37,869 nt of DNA from Candidatus Scatosoma sp. (GTDB lineage: Bacteria > Bacillota > Clostridia > Christensenellales > Borkfalkiaceae). Below, piece after piece: positions 1 through 7,389 of the stretch (position 1 is the first letter of the stretch; each line of letters opens with the position of its first letter). The stretch covers positions 1 through 37,869 of the forward strand of contig JAZNIR010000135.1 of assembly GCA_045577595.1 (NCBI GenBank). The letters run 5' to 3'. Both the position numbers and the translations under genes were made by a program. The notes beneath the pieces were generated by a model, which searched no databases, was not told the origin of the DNA, and worked only from the letters and a program-made list of their open reading frames with translations.

Positions 1-1080
1 CATAAGTCCTTTATCGTAGAGCTCGGAAAGAGTGGTGGTCATACCGTGATAGCGAAGTCCGCCCGCGTGGCTTGCGGTGGGGATAAAGCCCGAACCGAGC
101 GTGTACATTTTCGCAAGCGGACAAACCTTGCCCGTGTCGCAATAATCGTACGCGTATTTTCCGCGCGTGAGCGTGGGACAAGAGGACGGCTCGACGGCGA
201 TAAACCGATAATCGGCTTTGCCTTGTAATTTTTCCGCCATAAACGGGGAAATGAGCCCGCCGAGATTGCTACCACCGCCCGCGCAACCGATAATAATATC
301 CGCCTTTACGCCGTATTTATCGAGCGCCGTTTTCGTTTCTAAACCGATAATGGATTGGTGCAAAAGTACTTGATTGAGCACGCTACCGAGCGCGTAACGG
401 TAGCCGTCTAAACGGTCCGCCGTTTCCACCGCTTCGGAAATCGCGCAACCGAGCGAGCCGTTGGTTCCCGGGAAACGCTCTAAAATTTCTCTGCCGACTT
501 TCGTCGTGGTGGAGGGGGAAGGGGTTACGTTTGCGCCGTAGGTGCGCATGACTTCCCGACGGAAGGGCTTTTGTTCGTACGAGCATTTTACCATAAATAC
601 TTTACAATCCAAGCCAAAGTACGAACAAGCCATAGAAAGCGCCGTGCCCCATTGCCCTGCGCCCGTTTCGGTGGTTACCCCTTTTAAGCCTTGTTCTTTC
701 GCGTAATACGCTTGCGCAATCGCCGAGTTGAGCTTGTGGCTACCGCTTGTATTGTTGCCTTCGAATTTATAATAAATATGCGCGGGCGTACCGAGCGCTT
801 TTTCCAAACAATAGGCGCGCACGAGAGGCGCGGGACGGTACATTTTATAAAAATCGCGGATTTCCGTCGGGATTTGGATATATTCCGACGTGTCGTCGAG
901 CTCCTGTTTGGCAAGTTCGGTGCAAAATACTTGCGATAATTCGTCAAGCGTCATAGGTTGTAACGTTTGGGGATTGAGTAGGGGCGCGGGTTTGTCTTTC
1001 ATAAACGCGCGCAAATTTATCCAAGCCGTCGGAAGTTCCGATTCTTGCAGATAGATTTTATAAGGAATTTCTCGTTGCAT
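1..1080 (-). CDS. trpB: TrpB2-type tryptophan synthase beta-like PLP-dependent enzyme (C-terminus beyond window edge)
   Basis: Not in the ORF track because there is no stop codon in the window. My own translation from the ATG at 1080 stays open to position 1 (360 codons): MQREIPYKIYLQESELPTAWINL...YKFEGNNTSGSHKLNSA...ETGAGQWGTALS...IGCAGGGSNLGG...HAGGLRYHG. These include the PLP-lysine (SHK) and glycine-loop motifs of TrpB. A GGAG lies upstream, and the gene is preceded by a Trp-specific T-box leader. Confidence 0.85.
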   Translation of the reverse strand, partial: MQREIPYKIYLQESELPTAWINLRAFMKDKPAPLLNPQTLQPMTLDELSQVFCTELAKQELDDTSEYIQIPTEIRDFYKMYRPAPLVRAYCLEKALGTPAHIYYKFEGNNTSGSHKLNSAIAQAYYAKEQGLKGVTTETGAGQWGTALSMACSYFGLDCKVFMVKCSYEQKPFRREVMRTYGANVTPSPSTTTKVGREILERFPGTNGSLGCAISEAVETADRLDGYRYALGSVLNQVLLHQSIIGLETKTALDKYGVKADIIIGCAGGGSNLGGLISPFMAEKLQGKADYRFIAVEPSSCPTLTRGKYAYDYCDTGKVCPLAKMYTLGSGFIPTASHAGGLRYHGMTTTLSELYDKGLM

Positions 1081-1094
1081 ATTCGTATCTCCTA

Positions 1095-1385
1095 GAATAA
1101 AAAAGCCCGAAGAAAAGCGTACGCTTATCTTCGGGACGATATTTTTTTACGTATCGCGGTGCCACCCAAATTGACTTGAAAAGTCCGCCTTTTTACGCAC
1201 GATAATGCGTTCTGCGCTGTTACGGGCGCAGTACCCGTCGATTGCTACTGACGCGATTGTTCGCGCGTTCGTTCGCCCTCATAAGTCCATTCCCAAAAGC
1301 TTTCCGCGTTGCGATTTCACCGTCCGCAACTCTCTTTGCCGTTCCGCAAAAGGTACTACTCTTACTCGTCGGTTTGTATTAAATT
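1095..1385 (-). promoter_or_regulatory. T-box leader (tRNA-Trp, specifier UGG) with intrinsic terminator, controlling trpB
   Basis: On the minus strand, AATTTGGGTGGCACCGCG (1172..1155) matches the conserved T-box sequence AAUUAGGGUGGUACCGCG. The stem I region contains AGAGAG and AGTA motifs. The specifier-loop-like sequence GGGAAUGGACUUAUGAGGG places UGG at 1289..1287, followed by a purine. The terminator hairpin is cccgaaga (1135..1128) / tcttcggg (1113..1106) followed by CTTTTTT, just upstream of the RBS and the ATG at 1080. Confidence 0.8.
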
Positions 1386-1391
1386 TTTATA

Positions 1392-1420
1392 ATCATATCA
1401 TATTTTTCGATTGAAGTCAA
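1392..1420 (-). promoter_or_regulatory. sigma-A type promoter for the T-box/trpB transcript
   Basis: On the minus strand, TTGACT (1420..1415), a 17-nt spacer, then TATGAT (1397..1392). Confidence 0.5.
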
Positions 1421-1466
1421 CCGTTTAAACGGGAAAATTGAAAAAAATCAAATCTTTTGCGTATCT

Positions 1467-2252
1467 TTATTTTTTTTCACGGAAACGGGTGGGACTTATA
1501 CGTTCGTTTTTCGAAAAAAACTTGGAAAAGGCAAGCGAATCTTCAAAGCCGACGGAGCGCGCGATTTCCAAAATCGAAAGGTTTGTTTCGGCAAGTAATT
1601 TTTTTGCGTGATAGAGTTTGCGCTCGGTTAAATACGCTTTTGGGGAAACGGAAAAAGTATCTTTGAAAATCGTGTATAAATACGGTTGGCTTATCCCTAA
1701 AAGCTGGGTGAGCGTGGAAACGGAGATTGGCTCGTAGATATTGTTTTCGATATATTCCGTAGCGAAACGGATATATTCGTTTTTGTGCGAATCGTTTTTT
1801 TCGCGGAAAGCGGGCGCGTTGGCGTTGAATACGCTTAAAAACCATTCCAAAAGCAGTAATCTGTCGCAAATGCGGTTGTGATTGGATTTTATTTTTAAAA
1901 CGACGTTTTCCGCCTCTAAAAAGTTGGAAAAAGAAAAGATTTTCGTTTTGGGGTCGGCGTCGTAACGCGCGAAAAATTGTTCCGTTTTTACGTCGGTGAA
2001 AATAAACCATATAAAACGCCAAGCGTCGTTTTTATCGGGATAGTACCGCTCGAACGAATGGGGGGTAATTAAAAAACCTTGCCCTTTTACGACGGGCGAA
2101 CCGTTAAAATACCCTTTGCCGTCTAATACGTAATGGATAATATATTGGTCGCGCCGAGCCGGTCCGAAACGCGATTTTTTCGGGTCGTCCGTATAGCCGA
2201 CGGAGTCGATTTTTAAAGGGGCTTCGCCCGTTCCGTACACTGCGTATAACAT
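1467..2252 (-). CDS. AraC family transcriptional regulator (cupin-like N-terminus plus HTH_18 C-terminus)
   Basis: 261-aa ORF. The C-terminus has the two AraC HTH motifs (LTQLLGISQPYLYTIFKDTFSVSPKAYL...LSILEIARSVGFEDSLAFSKFFSK). It is divergent from the glycyl-radical enzyme operon. Confidence 0.85.
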   Translation of the reverse strand: MLYAVYGTGEAPLKIDSVGYTDDPKKSRFGPARRDQYIIHYVLDGKGYFNGSPVVKGQGFLITPHSFERYYPDKNDAWRFIWFIFTDVKTEQFFARYDADPKTKIFSFSNFLEAENVVLKIKSNHNRICDRLLLLEWFLSVFNANAPAFREKNDSHKNEYIRFATEYIENNIYEPISVSTLTQLLGISQPYLYTIFKDTFSVSPKAYLTERKLYHAKKLLAETNLSILEIARSVGFEDSLAFSKFFSKNERISPTRFREKK

Positions 2253-2360
2253 TTCCCTTTTCTCCTTTCGTTATGATTTTACCATATATGATTATGTTTT
2301 GTCAATATGTTTTTGCAAAATTATATGATAAAATAAAGAAAAGCCCGATTGGAGGTTGTT

Positions 2361-4349
2361 ATGATTTCAGAAAGATTAAAAGCGATTGGCGAATATGCGG
2401 CGGCGGGCGCGTTTGAAGAAGAAAACAGAAGTTTGTTTTACCGTAAAGCTTTGGGCATACGGCGGTATTATGAAAACTGTAAGTTGCCTGCATACAAGGG
2501 GAAAAGATTGTATCCGTCGGGCGCAATACGTTACGACTCGGTGGTGCGCCCCGATTATTTGTTCGGATTGACGACGTGGGATTTTCGTGGGACGGAAGAA
2601 ACGAAAGATTTAGCCGAAGCGTTGCGACGGGATTTCGATAAATATAACGTTTATAAGGCGTTTGTGGAAAAACCGCATACGGTGGCGGGATGTATGTACA
2701 CGCATTCTATGCCCAATTACGAACGGGTGTTAAAAGAGGGGTTGTATTCGTATATTCCCCGTATTGAAAAAATAGCCGACGCGGATATGAAAGAAGGGCT
2801 TTTACATCTTGTAAGCGGTATTGAAAATTATCATAAGCGGATTGTCGCTTATTTAAAAGAAGTAGGCGCGGAAGAACGATTGATTAAGGGGTTGGAAAAA
2901 GTGCCGTTTTATCCTGCGGAAAGCATTTACGAAGCGATTTTGTCTTGGAACTTCGTGATGTATTTAGACGGGTGTGATAATCTCGGCTGTGTGGCGAGCG
3001 GTCTTGCACCCTATCATAAAGGGGAAGACGTAACCGATTTATTAGGGGAACTGTTTGATAATTTAAACGAAAACAACGGGTATTCGATGGCGCTTGGAAA
3101 CGATTATAACGCGCTTACTTTGCAGTGTTTGGAAGCGTCGAAAGGCAGACGTCGGCCTATGATTGAGTTGTTCGTGGACGAAAACACGCCAAGCGAGATT
3201 TGGGAAAAGGCGTTTGAAGTTATCCGTACGAATAACGGGCAACCTGCTTTTTATAACGGGAAAGTGTTGCTTGGCGGATTGCAAGAAAAAGTGCCGAAAA
3301 TTACCGACGAAGATTTGAAAAAGTTTTGTGGCGGTGGGTGTACGGAAAGTATGCTTGCGGGGCTTTCCAACGTCGGTTCGGTGGACGCGGGTATCAACCT
3401 TTTATACGTTTTTGAAAACACGTTGAAAACCGCCTTGCCTACGGCAAAAACGTTCGACGCGTTTTATCAAGCGTTTTTATCGGACGTGAAGGGGGTAATC
3501 AAAACGGTTACGGGGCAAATTTCCCGCTCGCAAGAAACGCGCGCAAAATATCAACCGTTGCCGATGCGGACGCTACTTATCGACGATTGTATAGACGCGG
3601 GGTTGGATTATAACAACGGTGGTGCGCGTTATAAGTGGAGTTTGGTGAATTTTGGGGGAATGATAAACGTTTTGGATAGTTTGTTCGTCGTGAAAGATTT
3701 CGTGTTTGAAAGCAAGCGCTTGACGGCGGAAGAATTGCTGGAAAAATTGGCGTCGGACGACGAAACGTTTTTACGGCAAGCGCGGGCGCATAAAAAATGC
3801 TTTGGGGTGGACGACGACGAAGTCAACCGTTTGGCAAACGAATTTTCCACAGAAATCTATCAAGCGTTAATGGAAGAAAAACCGGCGATAGGCGAAGCGT
3901 TTTTGCCTTGCTCGATACAGTTTATGTCGCAAGTAGGCGCGGGGAAAGTGGTGGGGGCAACCCCCGACGGTAGAAAAAACGGCGCGCCACTTTGCGATTC
4001 GCTTGCGTCGATTTTCGGCAAGGACGTGAAAGGACCGACGGCGCTGATTAGCAGCGTTACTTCGCTCGATTTAAAAGACGCGGTGGGCGTACCCGTATTT
4101 AATTTTAACGTACAACCGTCGTTTAGCAATCAAACGTTAAAATCGTTGATTTTGACGTATATGCAACTGGGCGGGGTGCAAATGCAACTTACCTGTATGG
4201 ACGCGGAAACGTTGCAAAAGGCGTATGAAAATCCCGAAGATTATAAAAATTTCGTCGTGCGCGTGGGCGGATATTCCGAATATTTTTATAGGCTTTCGGA
4301 CGAACTGAAAAAAATGGTAATGGAAAGAACTATACAAACGAAGGTGTAA
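2361..4349 (+). CDS. glycyl radical enzyme (PFL-like fold), short form, substrate unknown
   Basis: The C-terminal glycyl radical motif is FVVRVGGYSEYFYRL. A candidate thiyl loop is FCGGGCTESM. The GGAGG at 2351-2355 favours the ATG at 2361 over the track's TTG at 2349. A dedicated activase gene lies 2 nt downstream. Confidence 0.8.
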   Translation: MISERLKAIGEYAAAGAFEEENRSLFYRKALGIRRYYENCKLPAYKGKRLYPSGAIRYDSVVRPDYLFGLTTWDFRGTEETKDLAEALRRDFDKYNVYKAFVEKPHTVAGCMYTHSMPNYERVLKEGLYSYIPRIEKIADADMKEGLLHLVSGIENYHKRIVAYLKEVGAEERLIKGLEKVPFYPAESIYEAILSWNFVMYLDGCDNLGCVASGLAPYHKGEDVTDLLGELFDNLNENNGYSMALGNDYNALTLQCLEASKGRRRPMIELFVDENTPSEIWEKAFEVIRTNNGQPAFYNGKVLLGGLQEKVPKITDEDLKKFCGGGCTESMLAGLSNVGSVDAGINLLYVFENTLKTALPTAKTFDAFYQAFLSDVKGVIKTVTGQISRSQETRAKYQPLPMRTLLIDDCIDAGLDYNNGGARYKWSLVNFGGMINVLDSLFVVKDFVFESKRLTAEELLEKLASDDETFLRQARAHKKCFGVDDDEVNRLANEFSTEIYQALMEEKPAIGEAFLPCSIQFMSQVGAGKVVGATPDGRKNGAPLCDSLASIFGKDVKGPTALISSVTSLDLKDAVGVPVFNFNVQPSFSNQTLKSLILTYMQLGGVQMQLTCMDAETLQKAYENPEDYKNFVVRVGGYSEYFYRLSDELKKMVMERTIQTKV

Positions 4350-4350
4350 A

Positions 4351-5223
4351 ATGAAAGGGGAAATTATCAACGTTTCGAGATTTTGCACGGACGACGGACC
4401 AGGCATTAGGACGACGGTGTTTTTGAAAGGTTGTCCGCTTACTTGCGCGTGGTGTCATAATCCCGAATCGCAAAAATTACACGAAGAACTGTTTTATTAT
4501 CCGCAAAAATGCGTGGAATGTAAACGTTGCGAAAGCGTTTGCCCGTTTGGCGCGCATACCTTTTTAGCGGGGAAACACGCGCTTATAAGAGAGCGTTGCC
4601 ATTTTTGCGGGGCGTGCGCGGACGTATGCCCGACGGGCGCTTTGGAAAGGATAGGAAAAAGGGCGGATACGGACGAAATCGTTGCGGAAGTGTTGCGGGA
4701 TAAACCCTTTTATCAAACTTCGGGCGGGGGCGTGACCGTTTCGGGCGGAGAACCGCTCTTCCAAGCGGATTTTACGGCGGAGATTTTGAAAAAATGCCGT
4801 GAAAACGGGGTGTCGACGGCGATAGAAACGAGCGGTTTTGCAAGCGAAAAGGATTTTTTAAAGGTGCTTGCCGAATGTGATTTGGTGCTTTTTGACGTAA
4901 AGGACACGGACGATAAAAGGCATCAAAAAAACACGGGCGTACCCCTTGCGCCGATTATGAAAAATTTACGCTTGTTAGACGAATCGGGCGTACCGTTTAT
5001 TATCCGTTTGCCTATCGTGCCCACCTTTAACGACGACGAAAAGCATTTTTCGGCGGTGAAAGCGCTTTTAAAAACGTTGAAAAACAGTCGGGGGGTGGAA
5101 GTGATGCCTTATCATACGCTCGGCGAATACAAATACGGTTTGTTGCAAAGAGAGTACGCGCTTTCGCACGTAAAAAATCCGCCCGATAAACAGGCGGACG
5201 AATGGAAGAAACATTTTGAGTAA
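4351..5223 (+). CDS. glycyl-radical enzyme activating protein (radical SAM with two ferredoxin-type clusters)
   Basis: Radical SAM motif CPLTCAWCHN (CX3CX2C). It also has CVECKRCESVCP and CHFCGACADVCP. GGEPL is present. 290 aa is typical of non-PflA activases. Confidence 0.88.
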   Translation: MKGEIINVSRFCTDDGPGIRTTVFLKGCPLTCAWCHNPESQKLHEELFYYPQKCVECKRCESVCPFGAHTFLAGKHALIRERCHFCGACADVCPTGALERIGKRADTDEIVAEVLRDKPFYQTSGGGVTVSGGEPLFQADFTAEILKKCRENGVSTAIETSGFASEKDFLKVLAECDLVLFDVKDTDDKRHQKNTGVPLAPIMKNLRLLDESGVPFIIRLPIVPTFNDDEKHFSAVKALLKTLKNSRGVEVMPYHTLGEYKYGLLQREYALSHVKNPPDKQADEWKKHFE

Positions 5224-5247
5224 AACTTTAACGATTCGAAAACGCGG

Positions 5248-5805
5248 TTAGAAAAGGGAATTATCGGGAACGAACGGTTTGCCCGTTTCCAAATCTTTCC
5301 ACGTTAAAACGCCGTTTTCGTAAACGATATACGAATGGGGCGTGCCTGCTTTTGGCAACGACACCGAACCGCAGTTGGCGTACGCGCCACCCTTTTCTAA
5401 TTTTTCGTAGCAAGGGGTGTGGAAATGTCCGTTGAAAAGAATATCCCGTTCCTTTAAAAGGGGCGGGTTTTGTTTGTTAAATAAATGCCCGTGCGTTAAA
5501 AATAACGTGCTGTTTTCCGTTTCTAACAGCGCGTAATCGGCAAGACAGGGGAAAGAAAGCACCATTTGGTCGACTTCACTGTCGCAATTTCCGCGTACGG
5601 CGACGATTTTTTCTTTATACGCGTTTAGCGCGCCGAATACTTTTTTCGTGTCGTAGCCTTGCGGTAAGTCGTTTCTTGCGCCGTGATATAAAAGGTCGCC
5701 AAGTAAAACGAGTTTGTCGGCGTTTTCCTTTTCGAACGCTTGCAATAATTTTTCGCACCAAAAGTACGAGCCGTGTATATCCGAAGCGATAATCAGTTTT
5801 TGCAT
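5248..5805 (-). CDS. YfcE/MJ0936-type metallophosphoesterase
   Basis: Motifs DIHGS, GDLLYHG, GNCD, THGH and GHFH. An AAGGAG RBS precedes the ATG at 5805. The track start at 5841 has no RBS. Confidence 0.8.
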   Translation of the reverse strand: MQKLIIASDIHGSYFWCEKLLQAFEKENADKLVLLGDLLYHGARNDLPQGYDTKKVFGALNAYKEKIVAVRGNCDSEVDQMVLSFPCLADYALLETENSTLFLTHGHLFNKQNPPLLKERDILFNGHFHTPCYEKLEKGGAYANCGSVSLPKAGTPHSYIVYENGVLTWKDLETGKPFVPDNSLF

Positions 5806-5862
5806 AAATAGCTCCTTGTGTATAAGATAACCGTACCGCAAAAATATTACGGTACGGAACGG

Positions 5863-6861
5863 TTAAAAGATAAATTTGATAATATCCATTTCTTCGGGTA
5901 AATTCGAACCGCTACCAAGTAACGTTGCGTATTTGTCCATAAGCGTAGGAAGTTCTTCTTCCTTAAACGTTTTAAAGGGGAATTCGGCGTAATTTACCGC
6001 TTTTTGCGCCAATAAATTGATTGCCGTCGAAACGAATTCTCTGCTTTCCGTGATGCCCTTTACGGTTACGTTGTTTTTTAAGGCGTATTCTAAATTGACG
6101 TGCAAATTTTTATAGGTGGACGCGCAGAAAGATACGAACGAATCCCGTTTGACAAGCGGGAAAAGAACGGAAGGTTCGCTACGGTTGGCGTACGCCATAT
6201 ACACCGCTCCGTCGGCAAATTTTCCGCCCGTAACGTTAAGCACGTTTTGCTTTAACGTATCGTCGTTGGGGAAGGTGTAATAAATACCGCATTTTCTCGC
6301 GCGGGCAAGCCGTTCGGCGTTGTTGTCCGCAAGGATAGGCACGGCACGGTGATAGATGATGATTTGGCAAAGTACGTTTGCGTATAACCCACCGCCGAGC
6401 ACGAGTACGTGTTGCCCAACCGAGATTTGCATTTCGTCAACCACCCGTTCGGCAAGCGCGATTGCGTCGATAAGAAAAGCGCTTTCGTCCGTAACGGACG
6501 CGGGCAAGGGATACACGTCGTCTACGCCCGCAAGCACGAAATCACGGTAGAACCCGTCGGACGTTTCGCCCGCGATTTTTAAGCCGTCGGGGGAAAGTTC
6601 GTCTTCGGTTACGCCCGCAAGATATACCCGTTCGCCTTTTTTTACGAAAGAATCTTCGCCCGTTTCGGTTACTTGGCCGATGGCGAATCTACCTGGCACG
6701 AAGGGGGATTTTACCTTAATCGCGCCGTTGTAAACGTTGACGTCCGATTCGGTGAGCAAAGCTTTGGTGATTTTTACTTTCACTTTGTCCGTTTCGAGTT
6801 TTAAATCGGGCGCGTTTACGTGTTGTAAATTGTGTGGATAAGCGAGTTGCCAAACTTTCAT
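5863..6861 (-). CDS. medium-chain dehydrogenase/reductase (MDR) family protein lacking canonical Zn ligands
   Basis: MKVWQLAYPHNL...GRFAIGQV...VLVLGGGLYANVLCQI (Rossmann GxGxxA). The start at 6861 has a GGAAAGGA RBS. The track's longer ORF reaching 7209 runs antisense through rpmE and its promoter. Confidence 0.7.
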   Translation of the reverse strand: MKVWQLAYPHNLQHVNAPDLKLETDKVKVKITKALLTESDVNVYNGAIKVKSPFVPGRFAIGQVTETGEDSFVKKGERVYLAGVTEDELSPDGLKIAGETSDGFYRDFVLAGVDDVYPLPASVTDESAFLIDAIALAERVVDEMQISVGQHVLVLGGGLYANVLCQIIIYHRAVPILADNNAERLARARKCGIYYTFPNDDTLKQNVLNVTGGKFADGAVYMAYANRSEPSVLFPLVKRDSFVSFCASTYKNLHVNLEYALKNNVTVKGITESREFVSTAINLLAQKAVNYAEFPFKTFKEEELPTLMDKYATLLGSGSNLPEEMDIIKFIF

Positions 6862-6990
6862 AAGCTTGCGATTCCTTTCCGCCTGCAAAAAATTCGACGG
6901 GAAAAACTCGCCGTCGGGCGCGGATATGATTAGTATAACGCATTTTTGATAAATTTGCAAGTATTTTTTTATAAATGACGGCAAAAACAG

Positions 6991-7019
6991 TTGACGATTG
7001 AAAAAAAAAGCGTTATAAT
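6991..7019 (+). promoter_or_regulatory. sigma-A type promoter of rpmE
   Basis: TTGACG (6991-6996), a 17-nt spacer, then TATAAT (7014-7019). Confidence 0.6.
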
Positions 7020-7062
7020 TGGAAAGCATAATGAAGAAAAACGAACAGCGAGGTGAATATAT

Positions 7063-7266
7063 ATGAAAGCGGATATCCATCCTAACTATCACGAAGTAAC
7101 CGTAACGTGCGCTTGTGGCGCGACTTTTAAAACGGGCACGACGAAAGACTGCGAAACGTTGAAAGTGGACATTTGCAGTAATTGCCACCCTTTCTTTACG
7201 GGTAAGCAAAAGTTGGTTGATACCGGTGGACGTATCGATAAATTCAAGAAGAGATACGGTATGTAA
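7063..7266 (+). CDS. rpmE: 50S ribosomal protein L31 (type A, CxxC...CxxC)
   Basis: [19 protein letters not shown]...[28 protein letters not shown] is a textbook L31 sequence. Confidence 0.97.
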   Translation: MKADIHPNYHEVTVTCACGATFKTGTTKDCETLKVDICSNCHPFFTGKQKLVDTGGRIDKFKKRYGM

Positions 7267-7277
7267 CGGTAAACTGC

Positions 7278-7316
7278 GGCTTTAAGATGCGCTCATCTTA
7301 AAGCCTTACTTTTTTA
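7278..7316 (+). terminator. rho-independent terminator after rpmE
   Basis: 12-bp stem ggctttaagatg / catcttaaagcc with a 4-nt loop, followed by TTACTTTTTT. Confidence 0.8.
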
Positions 7317-7389
7317 TGACTGTTTTTGTCGATTTATTTAACAACGTGGCGAACGATTATTTTTAGCCGTCGCGTTTGAAAGGTGAGAT

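Noticed and set aside
1205-1414. 69-aa + strand ORF in the trpB upstream region
   Set aside because: The region is fully explained by the minus-strand T-box leader, and the ORF has no RBS.
2349-2360. Alternative upstream starts offered by the ORF track (2349 TTG; also 15138 GTG, 16499, 19510, 25355, 5841 and 10709)
   Set aside because: In each case a downstream ATG has a proper Shine-Dalgarno at 6-10 nt and matches the expected family N-terminus. The upstream starts fall in terminators, leaders or hairpins.
2361-4349. Assigning the short glycyl radical enzyme to the YjjI family
   Set aside because: YjjI-type proteins as I recall them are shorter, at about 500 aa, and I cannot verify sequence similarity without a search. 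The substrate and family are left unknown.
5863-7209. 448-aa minus-strand ORF in the track that extends the dehydrogenase gene 116 codons upstream
   Set aside because: The extension is low-complexity, has no RBS, and runs antisense through the rpmE promoter and coding sequence. The ATG at 6861 has a good RBS and matches the family N-terminus.
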